From assembly GCA_963813715.1 (NCBI GenBank), contig CAWFAK010000005.1:320001-384000 (forward strand): DNA of 64,000 nt. The letters run 5' to 3'. The stretch is from an uncultured Planctomycetaceae bacterium. Its GTDB lineage: Bacteria > Planctomycetota > Planctomycetia > Planctomycetales > Planctomycetaceae. Every line of letters starts with the position of its first letter. The stretch's first letter is position 1. This document shows positions 31,372 to 43,001 of the stretch, piece by piece. The notes under the pieces are model-generated. The model had not been told where the DNA came from. It saw only the letters and a program-made list of their open reading frames with translations, and did not search any database. Both the position numbers and the translations under genes were made by a program.

Positions 31372-31680
31372 CTAGCGCTGGGCGGGCGAGGGCGCCAGCA
31401 ATCCCGCTAACGCGCCCACTGCCGCCGATCCAATCGCAATCACGCCGTCGGGCGTCTTCTTGTCGTATGCCGCCAGGAGGCACACGGCAATGACGGTTGC
31501 CAGCATGCCAAGCCCCAAGGTGCTGACGACGATCCGATAGATCCAGGCGTCTGTCTGCAATACGGGCGCCGCCAGGTTTTGCAACGCGGCAACGGGATTC
31601 TGTTTGATCTGCTCCTGTAGATGGACGTCCGACGCGACGGCATCGGCCATGTCCTCGGCCAGTCGAAACTGCTTTGCCAT
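31372..31680 (-). CDS. Small hypothetical membrane protein (two TM helices)
   Basis: 102 aa; GGGGG RBS-like element; WIYRIVV hydrophobic helix and IAIGSAAVGALAGLLAPSP. Confidence 0.7.
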   Translation of the reverse strand: MAKQFRLAEDMADAVASDVHLQEQIKQNPVAALQNLAAPVLQTDAWIYRIVVSTLGLGMLATVIAVCLLAAYDKKTPDGVIAIGSAAVGALAGLLAPSPAQR

Positions 31681-31739
31681 GAGCGCACCCCCGCATTAGT
31701 GCAGCCTGCTCTCCTCCGTGCGAACACTAGCGACGCGAT

Positions 31740-34700
31740 CTACATATTAACGTGCTCTCGGACAAACGCTGCCAACGATTGACTGACGACTTGCTCGGCC
31801 CGGTCGAAGCGGATGCTGATCTGATCGCGGCCGTTTCCGCTGGTCGAGATTTCGCGTTCGCGTCCCAGCTCGGTGATCCGGCCGAGGGCCACGCGGCCCG
31901 TTTCGTTATAGAGTGACAGGTCAACGCCGTGCCGCCGCTTGGTGTGCACGGCCGCCCAGACGGCGTCGGAGTTCTTGCGGCGGAAGTAGACGACCTGCTT
32001 GTTGCTCCAGTCGATTTCCGCCTGCGGCACCGCCGCTTGCAGCAGATCGAACAGCCGCTCGAGCAGTTCGGCCTCCCAGCGGATCCGCTTGCCGCTGGGA
32101 AAACCTTTGCGGGACACGTGCCATTTGCGACCGAGCACCTTCCAGGGCGTGAGTTCGGCCGGATTGAGCTGCTTGCGGTTAATCGCATCCTGGAACGCGT
32201 CGGCCGCTTTCGCCAGGAATTTCTCGAAGGCCGGCGTTTCGATCTCTTTGAGCCAGTGCACAGTCACGGCGACTTCCTGCCATGCGCCCTTCACATTGCG
32301 CACGCGCACGCGATCGGATCGGCCGTAGACAGGCAACTCGTCGAGATCGTCGAGCGACTTGAGAGCCAACTGCTGTGGCAATCGTTCCTGGTCGAACGTC
32401 TTTTTGGGTACGCGGAACCGCAGCGTGAGCAGCCACTCGTCGCCCGTGAGCGCGTGCAGGAACCAGACGCCGGTCCGCTCGGTGCCGGTGATTTCCACGA
32501 CCGAACGGTCGTTCCAGTTGGCCGGGGCGAATCCCGGGCGGGCCTCGATCCAGTCGACGACCTTTTCGAGCGCGGCCGCTTCCCATCGCGGCGGCTTCCC
32601 GTTGTGGGCCACGTGGTCGACGGTATGCCAGCGGCGGCCGTCGGTCTGCCAGGGCATCTTCGATTCGCGGCCCACCTCGCGCAGGTCGAGGTCGCCTTCG
32701 CGCTTGGCCGCGGCTTCGGCGGCGCTGAAATACTTCTCGCTCGGTGCGAGTGCCCGACTTGAGAACGGGAGCCAAAAACTCGCCCGTGTGCGAGCGAAGC
32801 CCGCCCGCCGCCATTTTTCCCGCTCGTCCTTTTTCAGCTCCTTCGCCCGGGCGACGACGTCTTCGGGAGTGCCGGTCGCCACGATCTGCCCGCCCTCGTC
32901 ACCTGCTTCGGGACCGACGTCGATGATCCAGTCGGCCGTCTTGATCACGTCGAGATTGTGCTCGATGACCACGACGGTATTGCCCTGCTCGACGAGGCTG
33001 TTCAGCACCTTGAGTAGCTTGTCGATATCGTCGAAGTGCAGACCGGTGGTGGGTTCGTCCAGGATGTACAGCGTTTGACCCGTGTCGGGCCGCGGCCAGT
33101 TCGGCGGCTAGCTTCACCCGTTGCGCCTCGCCGCCGGAGAGCGTGGGGGCCGGTTGGCCGAGGGTGAGATAGTCGAGGCCGATCGCGCAGAGCGTCGCCA
33201 GGTAACGGCGGATCCGCGGAATGTTCTCGAACACCTCGAGCGCCTGACCGATCGGCAATTCGAGGACGTCGGCAATCGAGCGGCCGCGGTATTGGACGGC
33301 CAGCGTCTCGCGATTGTAGCGCTTGCCGCGACACGTTTCGCACTCGACCCAAACGTCGGGCAGAAAGTGCATCTGGATGCACTTCTGGCCGTTGCCTTCG
33401 CAATCGTCGCAGCGCCCGCCCGGCCGATTGAAACTGAACCGCGCCGGCCGATAGCCGCGGACCTTGGCCTCGGGCAGCCGCGCGAACAACTCGCGAATAG
33501 AATCGAACACGCCCGTATAAGTCGCCGGGTTGGACGCGGGCGTGTTTCCCAGCGGCTGCTGATCGACGATGATCACCTTGTTGATGAGCTCGAGCCCGGT
33601 CAGATCGTCGTACGGGCCGGGCGTTTCGCCCGCGCGATTGAGCTTTTTCGACACGGCTCGCGCCAGCGTGTCCTCGATCAGCGAACTCTTGCCCGATCCC
33701 GACACGCCCGTCACGCAGACGAAGGTGCCGAGCGGAATCCGCAGGTCGACGCCACGCAGGTTGTTGAGGCGGGCCCCTTTCAGCTCGATCCAGCCACCGC
33801 CCGGCGGAAGGTCGGCGTCGGCCGAGATGCGGCGGCTCGCCGGAATCGGAATTTCTTTGCGGCCGGAAAGATACTGCCCGGTGAGCGATGCGGCCGACCG
33901 CGTGACGGCCGCCGGCGTTCCCTGCGCGGTGATCGTTCCGCCAAAGCGACCGGCACCCGGGCCGAAATCGTAGAGCCGGTCGGCGGCCTGGATTACCTCC
34001 CGATCGTGCTCGACCATCACGACTGTGTTGCCGAGGTCGCGCAGCCGCCGGAGCGCCTCCAGCAGCCGGTCGTTGTCGCGCGGGTGCAGGCCGATCGTCG
34101 GCTCATCGAGCACGTAGAGCACGCCCGTCAGCGCGCGGCCGATCTGGCCCGCCAGGCGAATGCGTTGCGTCTCCCCGCCCGACAGCGTCGGCAAGGGTCG
34201 AGCCAACGTGAGATAGTCGAGGCCGACGTCGACCAGAAATCCCAGTCGGCTCGTTGCTTCATTGATCAGGTCCCCGGCCACTTTTTTCTGTGCCGCCGAC
34301 AGCGGGATCCCCTTGAGGAAGGCCAGCGTTTCGTTGAGCGGCAGCGAGCACAGCTGATGGACGGTGCGATCGAGGAACCGCACCGCGGCCGCGTCGGCCC
34401 GCAGCCGGCTGCCGCCGCACCAGGAACAGGGAACCTCGCCGACCAGCTCGTGCAGCTTCTGGCGGTAGGCGTAGGAAACGCGGGACGATTCCTCGATCGC
34501 CGGGAACAGACCCTTGTATTGGAATTTCCAATCGGATTTTTTGCCGACGGTGATCCAGCGGTCGCCCGTTCCGTGCAGCACCAATCGTTGCTGCGTTGGC
34601 TCGAGCCGCTCAAAGGGGACATCGAGCGGGACCTTGAACTGCCGGGCCCAGGCGTCGAGCATCTTGGCAAACAGCGGATTCTGCTCGGGGTTGGGCCACG

Positions 34701-37700
34701 CCGCAATCGCCCCGGCCGAGAGCGGCCGTTTGCCGTCCGCGATCAGCGCGGTGAGATTCGTGCCTTGCTCGGTCCCCAATCCCTCGCACGACGGGCACCA
34801 GCCGAGCGGACTGTTGAAGGAGAAACTGTTCGGCGTCAGTTCTTCAAAGCTGCGGCCGCACTGATGACAGGCGAAATGCAGGCTGTAACGATCGACGATC
34901 CATTCCTCGTCGGGAAGCGAATCGTCGACGCGGGCCACATAGATCGCACCGCGGCCCAGGTCGAGGGCCGTTTCAATCGAGCCGGCGATCCGCGAGCGGG
35001 CCTTGGGATCGACGGCGATGCGGTCGATCACGATTTCGACGGCGTGCTTGCGGCGGCGATCGATCTGCGGCACATCCTCCAGCCGATAGATCTTGCCGTC
35101 GATCCGCACCCGCAAGAATCCCTGCAGCTGCACGCGCTGCCAAAGCGTGTCGTAGCTCTGCCCGACCGTGACTTCCTGTGGAGCGAGCAAAATCAGCCGA
35201 GTTCCGGCCGGAAGCGTCAGCAGCTTGTCGACAATCTGGTCCGACGTCTGCGTCTCGACGGGAATTCCGCAGTCGGGGCAATAGAGCTTGCCGAGACGTG
35301 CGTAGAGAATTCGCAGGTAGTCGTAGATTTCGGTGACGGTACCGACCGTCGAGCGGGGCGTGTGGCCGGAGGCCTTTTGTTCGATGGCAATCGCCGGCGA
35401 AAGGCCGTGAATGTGGTCGACCCTGGGCTTGGGCATCTGCCCGAGAAATTGGCGGGCGTAGGCGGAGAGTGATTCGACGTAACGCCGCTGACCTTCCGCG
35501 TAGAGCGTATCCATCGCCAGGGATGACTTGCCGCTCCCGCTGGGACCGCAGAAGACGCTCATCTTTTCCCGCGGCACTCGCACGTCGAGGTGCTGCAAAT
35601 TGTGCTGGGCGGCCCCGCGAATCACGATCTCCGTTGTCGACGCACCGTCGCCACCGTTCGCGTCCGCCGCGTCGGCAAACTGCCAGCGGCCTGCGGGGAT
35701 CGATGCGGCGGCAATGCCCGCGGTCTTGCCTTTCTTGGCAGACGGCTTGGCCGTCGCGGTCGTTGCCGAGCGCGTGGCGGGCAGAACCTCGCGGAGGGCC
35801 TGGCCGGTGTAGGACTCGGGCAGGCGGCCACGTCTTCGGGCGTTCCCGCGATCACGATCTGGCCGCCGCCCGAGCCGCCGTCGGGCCCCAGGTCGATAAC
35901 CCAGTCGGCCGTTTTGATCACGTCGAGGTTGTGTTCGACGACCACCACCGTATTACCCGCGTCGACAAACCCGTGCAGCACCTCCAACAGCTTCTGAATG
36001 TCGGCGAAGTGCAGCCCCGTCGTCGGCTCGTCCAGCAGATAGAGCGTGCGGCCCGTGGACCGCTTGCCCAGTTCGCGGGCCAGCTTGATTCGTTGCGCCT
36101 CGCCGCCGGAGAGCGTCGGCGACGGCTGCCCCAGCTTGATGTAGTCGAGGCCGACGTCGTGCAGCGTTTGCAACAGCGTGGTGATGTTCGGAATGTTCTT
36201 GAAGTGCTCGAGTGCCTCTTGCACGTCCATCTCGAGGATTTCGGCGATCGTCTTTCCTTTGTAACGCACCTCGAGCGTTTCTCGCTTGAAGCGGGCCCCC
36301 TGGCAGACGGGACAGGTCACCCACACATCGGCGAGGAAATCCATCTCCAGGCGATTCGCACCCCGACCTTCGCACGCCTCGCAGCGGCCGTCGGCGACGT
36401 TGAAGCTGAAGCGGCCCGGCTTGAAGCCGCGCATCTTCGATTCGGGCAACTGCGCGAACAGGTCGCGAATCAGGTCGAAGAGCTTGACGTACGTGGCCGG
36501 ATTGGACCGGGGCGTCCGGCCGATGGGCGATTGGTCGATGTCGATGGCTTTGTCGAGCTGATCGAGACCGGTGATTTTGCCATGCGCGCCGGGCCGTCCT
36601 TTGCCCTTGTTCAAATCGCGGTTGAGGGCTTCCCAAAGAATGTCGTTGACGAGCGAGCTCTTGCCCGACCCGCTGACGCCCGTAACGCAGATGAAATTCT
36701 CCAGCGGGAATGTGACGTCGACGTTGCGCAGGTTGTTGTGCCGCGCTCCGGTGATTTTGAGCGACTTCTTGCCGCGCGGCCGTCGCTGGGCCGGAATCGG
36801 GATGACCAGGTCGCCCGAGAGGTATTTTCCGGTGAGGCTCTTGGGCTCCTTGCGGAGATCCTCGACGGTCCCTTGCGCGACGACCTCGCCGCCGCGAACT
36901 CCGGGCCCGGGTCCGAAGTCGACCACGTGGTCGGCTGCCCGCATCGTTTCTTCGTCGTGCTCGACCACGATGACAGTGTTTCCCTGGTCGCGCAGGTTCT
37001 TGAGACTGTCCAAAAGTAGCGAGTTGTCGCGCGGGTGCAGGCCGATCGAGGGCTCGTCGAGAATGTAGACCACGCCCACCAATCCGCAGCCGATCTGGGC
37101 CGCCAGACGAATGCGCTGCGTCTCGCCGCCGGACAAGGTCGGCGCGCTGCGCTCGAGCGTGAGATAATCGAGGCCGCAGCGCAGCAGAAACCCGAGCCGC
37201 GCCGCGGATCTCCTTGAGCGCCTCGGCCGCGATCATCTGCCGGGTTTCGTCCAGATCGAGCGATTGAAAGAAGGCGAAGGCATCGCGAATGCTCAGATTG
37301 CAGACGTCGGGCAGACTGAGCAGGGTTGGCCGCTTCGAGGCGCGGAACGATTCGCTACTGGAGGCGATGCGCACACTGCGAGCCTGCGGGTTGAGCCGCG
37401 TCCCCTGGCAATCGGTGCAGGGGACAATTTCCATGTATTTTTCGAGCTGCCGCCGGCGCATGATGTTCTTCGCCTTGCGGTAGCTCTCCAGCAGGTCGGC
37501 AATGACGCCGGCGAACGTGCCGCCGTGCTTCCACACGCCGCCCGAATAGCGCCACGAATAGGTGATGTGCCGCTCGCCAGTCCCTTGCAAGAACTGCGTC
37601 TGGGCCTCGGCCGGCAAGTCGCGCCACGGAGTTTTGAGCAGCGTGTCTTCGGGGAGCCCCAGGTCCTTCTCGATCGAGTTGGCGACTCCTTTATAAATGT

Positions 37701-38715
37701 GCTTGCGCCAACGTCCGATCTTACCGATCGGGCCGATCACCTCGATCGCTCCCTGCCAGAGCGATTTCGAGTCCTCGGGAATCAGCCGGTCGAGCAGGAA
37801 GTCGTGCCGCACGCCCAGGCCATTGCACTTGGGGCACATGCCGAGTGGGCTGTTGAAGCTGAAGAGTTGGGGCGTCGGCGGTTCGTAGCTGATGCCGCAA
37901 TGCGTGCAGGCGTATTGCGAACTGTAACGATGCTCGACGGCGGTCGGCTCTTCGGCCTCGCTCGGCCGTTGCCCGCGCTGGCCGCCGTTGGTGGGCGACT
38001 CTTGCGTGACCACCAGCGTTCCCGCGGAAAGCTTGAGGGCCGTCTCGACCGAATCGGTGAGTCGCGTGCGGGAGACCTCTCCGGCCACCAGGCGATCGAC
38101 GATCACCTCGATGGTGTGTCGCATCTGGCGGTCGAGCCGCAGATTGTCGGTGAGCTGGACCGTGCGGCCGTCGACGCGTGCCCGCAGAAAGCCCTGGCGT
38201 CGCAGGTCCTCGAAGAGGTCCTGGTATTCCCCCTTCTGCTGCTGAATCACGGGGGCCAGAAGCTGAATCCGCGTCCCCTGGGGAATGCGGGAGACGTGCT
38301 CGATGATCTGTTCGACCGTCTGGGCCGTGATTTGCCGCCCGCAATTCGCGCAGAACCCGGTGCCGACGCGGGCAAACAGCACCCGCAAGTAATCGTAGAT
38401 CTCGGTGATCGTGCCGACGGTGCTGCGGGGATTGCGTCCGCTGGCCTTTTGCTGGATCGAGATCGACGGCGCCAGGCCGCTGACCGAATCGACCTCGGGC
38501 TTGGGCATCTGGCCGAGAAACTGGCGGGCGTAGCTGGACAGCGACTCGACGTACCGTCGCTGTCCCTCGGCATACAGCGTGTCGAACGCGAGCGAGCTCT
38601 TCCCGGAGCCGCTCACGCCGGTCATGCAGATCAGCCGGTTGCGCGGCAAGCGGAGGTTGACGTTTCGCAGGTTATGCTCGCGGGCTCCGCGAATGATGAT
38701 GTCGGAAGCAGGCAT
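31740..38715 (-). CDS. uvrA: Excinuclease ABC subunit A, tandem fused UvrA-UvrA (~2300 aa) with C-terminal extension; several apparent frameshifts
   Basis: Two complete UvrA units (four GxSGSGKSS / LSGGExQR / LDEP / EH sets plus Zn fingers); the linker at 35815-35625 is open and in frame with unit 2; indels at ~37200, ~35820, ~33093 and a compensating pair at ~32800/32735. Confidence 0.92.
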
Positions 38716-38875
38716 ACGTGCGAAACCGCCAAACTCCGTTTAAGGATCGACAGGCTGTCCGCCCGCAGGCGCGAGCAGGAGACAGGAATCTAACGCGCCG
38801 TCAGCCTCGAGCACCGCAGCACCGGGAGAAAACGTTCCGGTCGACTTTCTTCGCCGACCGGCGACGCTGGGCAAC

Positions 38876-39235
38876 TCATCCGGCCGGCTCGGTCGGGCCT
38901 GGCTCGTCCGGGGGCGATTCTCGATTCCAACTCACCGACGGAAAATCACGATCGTCAGCACTCGCTGGTGGAGCGGGTTTGACCGGTGGATGAACGGGGA
39001 TGTCAGTCGGGAAATCGGCCAGTTCCGACTCTTCGCCCTCCGAGCCGGACGGCTCGGGCACACGGACGGTCGGCTTGGGTCGTGGCAACTCGACCAACCG
39101 CATCGACACCCCCTCGCGCGTGCAATTGCAGAGGCGGGCCGTGGCTTGGCCTTCCGATCGCAGCTGTCGATGACACTCGGGACATTCCCAAACTCGGCGA
39201 ACATCCAAGTCCAACCGCATCCCCGGACCCTTCAT
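38876..39235 (-). CDS. Hypothetical zinc-ribbon protein with acidic/Pro-rich tail
   Basis: AAGGGGGAG RBS; WECPEC...LCNC four-Cys pattern. Confidence 0.65.
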   Translation of the reverse strand: MKGPGMRLDLDVRRVWECPECHRQLRSEGQATARLCNCTREGVSMRLVELPRPKPTVRVPEPSGSEGEESELADFPTDIPVHPPVKPAPPASADDRDFPSVSWNRESPPDEPGPTEPAG

Positions 39236-39490
39236 GGCTCCCCCTTCTTGCCAAGCGGCCGCTAGATACCGATGCTCGAAATCGGTTCCCCAATTTTAGG
39301 CCGCGGGGGCGTCGGGGCCAATTGAGCGCCAAACGCCTAGCCGATCGGCACCACGACTCTTGGAGCCATCCTCAGCGATCCACCAAGCGACGGAACCTGC
39401 CAAGCCCGGTTCGCTCGGATTTGCCCCTGCCACTATCATTCATTCGAGCACAGGACTCTGGCTGTTCACGTCGTTTGAGCGGACCCTTTG

Positions 39491-40234
39491 ATGCCGTCGG
39501 AGAAGACCGAAGCCCTCGTCATCCGGTTAGCTGACTTCAGCGAGACCAGCCGCGTGGTGACGCTCTTTACGGAGGATTTTGGGCGAATATCGGCCTTGGC
39601 GAAGGGGGGTAAACGGCTGAAAGGGCCCTTCGATGCTGCTCTTGACCTGCTCTCGGTTTGTGAGATAGTGTTCCTCCGCAAATCGTCGCCGGGGCTGGAC
39701 ATATTGACGGAAGCCCGGCTCATTTCTCGTTTCCGGCCGCAGGGCCGGGAGTTGGCTCGGTTCTACGGAGGCTATTACGTCGCCGAACTACTTTCGGGAC
39801 TGACAGCCGAGGTCGACCCGCACCCGCAACTCTTTCGCGAATCCATCCAAACCCTGGAACGACTTCAGGAGGCGGATCCCAAAATCACAATCCTGCGCTT
39901 CGAGCTGGCCACCCTCCGCGAAATCGGCCAACTTCCCGCTTTCGATGTCTGTGTCGGGTGCGGGCGGGCCGCTGAGAGCGGAGGGACATGGTCATTTTCG
40001 GTGTCGCAGGGCGGTTTGTTGTGTCCCAACTGTGGAAAGGAGTCCACTGCTCGAGTTCGCATTTCGGCGGGAACGGCCGCCGTTTTGCGTCGGTTGGCCG
40101 AAGAATCGGGCGCGGTTGTCGGCCGCCTGGCCCTTTCGCCCCGACAGTTCCAGGAAGCGCGGGAGGTCGTAACGGCCGCCATCTCCCACGCACTCGGACA
40201 TCCCCCCAAAATGCTCCGCTACATTTCGATCTGA
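39491..40234 (+). CDS. recO: DNA repair protein RecO
   Basis: ALVIRLADFSETSRVVTLFTEDFGRISALAKG OB fold; CVGC...CPNC Zn finger. Confidence 0.92.
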   Translation: MPSEKTEALVIRLADFSETSRVVTLFTEDFGRISALAKGGKRLKGPFDAALDLLSVCEIVFLRKSSPGLDILTEARLISRFRPQGRELARFYGGYYVAELLSGLTAEVDPHPQLFRESIQTLERLQEADPKITILRFELATLREIGQLPAFDVCVGCGRAAESGGTWSFSVSQGGLLCPNCGKESTARVRISAGTAAVLRRLAEESGAVVGRLALSPRQFQEAREVVTAAISHALGHPPKMLRYISI

Positions 40235-40341
40235 CCCCCAGGATTTCGGGCCGTTGGATTTCGAATTGAAGAAAGCGAACGCGGAATCTCTTCTCCCTTC
40301 CCCTGAGCTTCTTCGCTTCCTTTCCTCAAAAGCAGTCACGG

Positions 40342-41709
40342 ATGACGACTTGTCCCCCTGTTCGTCGGCGGCACGCATGCCGGGCCGCGACACGTAGCCG
40401 CGCGCTTTGGGCGATCGCGGTTTGCGTGGTGCTGGCGGGCTGTCAGACGCCGGGAATCGACGCTTCGTCCCTTTCGAAGAAGGACGATGCGCAACTCCAG
40501 CAGATGACGAGCACCGATGAAATCCACGGCCCGATGGAGCGATTCGCCATCGCCACGGGCATCAAGGACGGGGAAAAGAACAAGAAGCGGCAGCTCGTCA
40601 ATCCGCCGGACGCCATGGCCGCCTATCACCGCGGCGAAGAGCTGTTCAAGGAGAAGCGATACGTCGAGGCCGAGCAGGTGTTTTGGAAGGACACCGCGGA
40701 AAAATTCGCCGTCTACCCGATCCGCGAAGACGCACTGTTCATGACGGGCGAATGTACTGTTCCTACAACAGCTCTATCCGAAGGCCCAGGACAAATACGA
40801 CCTGTGCATCAAGGAGTTCTCGGCGACGCGGCATTTGGATGAGATCAGCCGCCGCAAATTCGAAATGGCCCGTGTCTGGTTGAAATTTCCGGACAACATC
40901 ACGGCCAAGGACGTGAGGCCGGTGAATTTCGACGATCCGGGAAGGAACCCGCCGCCGCAGACGGCCTGGCAGGAACCGAGCGATTTGACCTACAAGATCC
41001 CGATTCTTCCCAATTTGAGCGACCACACGCGACCGACGTTCGACACCGAAGGGCCGGGCGCTCGAGGCGTTGAAATCGATCTGGCTCAACGATCCGACGG
41101 GTCCGCTTGGCCGACGACGCCATCATGCTGTCGGCCAGCTATTACCTCCGCAAAGGGGATTACACGGAAGCCGACCACTTGTACGAGCTCTTGCGGAAGG
41201 AGTTTCCCAAGAGTCCGCACGTCGAAAACGCCTACGTGCTGGGCGCCTACGTGAAGTTGATGGAATACCAGGGTCCGGAGTATGACCCGACCCCGATCCG
41301 CGAAGCCAAAAAGCTGCGGGAAGCGACCATCCGCCTGTATCCCAACAATCCGGAGCGGGCGCGGTTTGAGGCCGAACTCAAGAAAATGGAGCTGGCGGAA
41401 GCCGCTCAAATTTGGGCCGACGCTCAATACTGGAAGGCCAAAGGCAAGCCGAAGGGCACCGCCATCTATTGCAAAGAGTTGATCAAGAAATATCCGCACA
41501 GCGATTTCGCGGTGAAGGCGCGCGAGGAATTGGCCAAGATCAAGCCCGACGACAAACAGGAGCCCGCGCCGCAGAAGAAGTACGAAGAAACGCCCAAGAC
41601 CGGCAAGGCCGCCGTCGGCGATACGCCGGGCGTCTTCGAGGATCCGGTCGCGCCGCCGCCCAAGAAGGGGCCGCAGGTGATCGACAACTTTGGCGTCAAT
41701 CCAACCTGA
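40342..41709 (+). CDS. bamD: BamD-like TPR lipoprotein; apparent frameshifts at ~40757 and ~41057
   Basis: LAGC lipobox; TPR helices (EDALFMTGE, LADDAIM, FPKSPH, YPHSDFA); located between recO and lptE. Confidence 0.7.
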
Positions 41710-41747
41710 AACCGTCCGACCTAAGCCCGTCTGATTCCAAGACTGTC

Positions 41748-42314
41748 ATGAGGCTCGTACCGCTCATTTGTCGCCGAAAGATGCTCCCCGCCGGCTTGCG
41801 GGGACGCACGCTGGCGAGCATCGTCTGGGCGGTCGCGCTCCTGGCCAGCGGCTGCGGTTACACGATCGGCAACGCATTCCAGGGGAACGTCAAGTCGGTC
41901 TACGTGCCGATCGCCACGTCCGACGACTTCCGCCGCGGTTACGAGTTTCAGTTGACCGAGTCGGTGCTGACGCAGATCAAGGAGCGGACGCCGTTCCGCA
42001 TCGCCAAAGACGATGCCGCCGACACCAAGCTGACGATGAAGATCAAGAGCATCCGCAAGACCGTGATGGGCACGACGGCCGACAACGACCCGCGCGAACT
42101 GCAGGTTCAATTTGCCGTCGACGTCGTCTGGGAAGATCTCCGCACGGGGCGCATCTTGGCGCAGCGACAGGTGTCGCTCGAGCCGGAAGTCTCGCACCTG
42201 TTCGCGACCGCCGAAATGGCCCCCGAAGTGGGCCAGTCGCTGACGACCGCCACGCAGACGGCGATGAACGGCATGGCGCGGCAGATCGTCGACCTGATGG
42301 AAGCCCCCTGGTAA
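41748..42314 (+). CDS. lptE: LPS assembly lipoprotein LptE-like
   Basis: LASGCGY lipobox; VKSVYVPI, EFQLTESV, MARQIVDLMEAPW. Confidence 0.8.
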   Translation: MRLVPLICRRKMLPAGLRGRTLASIVWAVALLASGCGYTIGNAFQGNVKSVYVPIATSDDFRRGYEFQLTESVLTQIKERTPFRIAKDDAADTKLTMKIKSIRKTVMGTTADNDPRELQVQFAVDVVWEDLRTGRILAQRQVSLEPEVSHLFATAEMAPEVGQSLTTATQTAMNGMARQIVDLMEAPW

Positions 42315-42393
42315 GGACCGGGTTTCCCCTTGGTTTCGCCGCGTCGCTGGTATAGCCTCGACTATGCCGGCTGTTTGCCGCGGAGGTGACACG

Positions 42394-42762
42394 ATGCCCC
42401 AGACCCAGCGGATCACGACCTTCTCCGAATTCTGGCTCTATTATCTCCGTGAGCACAGCCGTCCGGCTTGCCGCGCGCTCCACTACGCGGGGACCGTCTG
42501 CTCGTTCGGAGCCATCGGCGCCGCCATCTTCGTTTCTCCCTGGTGGCTGTTGGCGGCGCCCGTCGTCGGCTACGGTCCGGCTTGGATCGGGCATTTCGTC
42601 ATCGAAAAGAACAAGCCGGCGACGTTCGGCTACCCGCTCTGGTCGCTGGTCTCCGACTACCGGATGGTCGGCCTCGCCGCGATCGGCCGCCTTGGGCCCG
42701 AACTCGACCGCGCGACGCATTCGTCCGCGGCTCCGGCCGCCGAGCTCTCGCGGGCCGTCTGA
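42394..42762 (+). CDS. DUF962 family small membrane protein
   Basis: FSEFWLYYLREH, RALHYAGT, GYGPAWIGHFVIEKNKPATFGYPLWSL; GGAGG RBS. Confidence 0.88.
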   Translation: MPQTQRITTFSEFWLYYLREHSRPACRALHYAGTVCSFGAIGAAIFVSPWWLLAAPVVGYGPAWIGHFVIEKNKPATFGYPLWSLVSDYRMVGLAAIGRLGPELDRATHSSAAPAAELSRAV

Positions 42763-43001
42763 GCCGCCTAATGCGACTTCCACTCGCCGCACGCGGGACG
42801 CGTTCTTGCACCCCGGCGACGAACGCGGCAGTGCGAACGTCTGCCGCACGCCGGTCGACGAGCTGGCCCAGACCGCTCGTTTAAAACAACTTGACCGGTT
42901 TTCGCACCTGTCTTATAGTCCCGCCCCCTCGCAACCGACCTCTCAACCGTCGGCGGCATGGAGGCTGCGGACAAAACCCTGCATTCCGGAGTACAGGTGC
43001 G

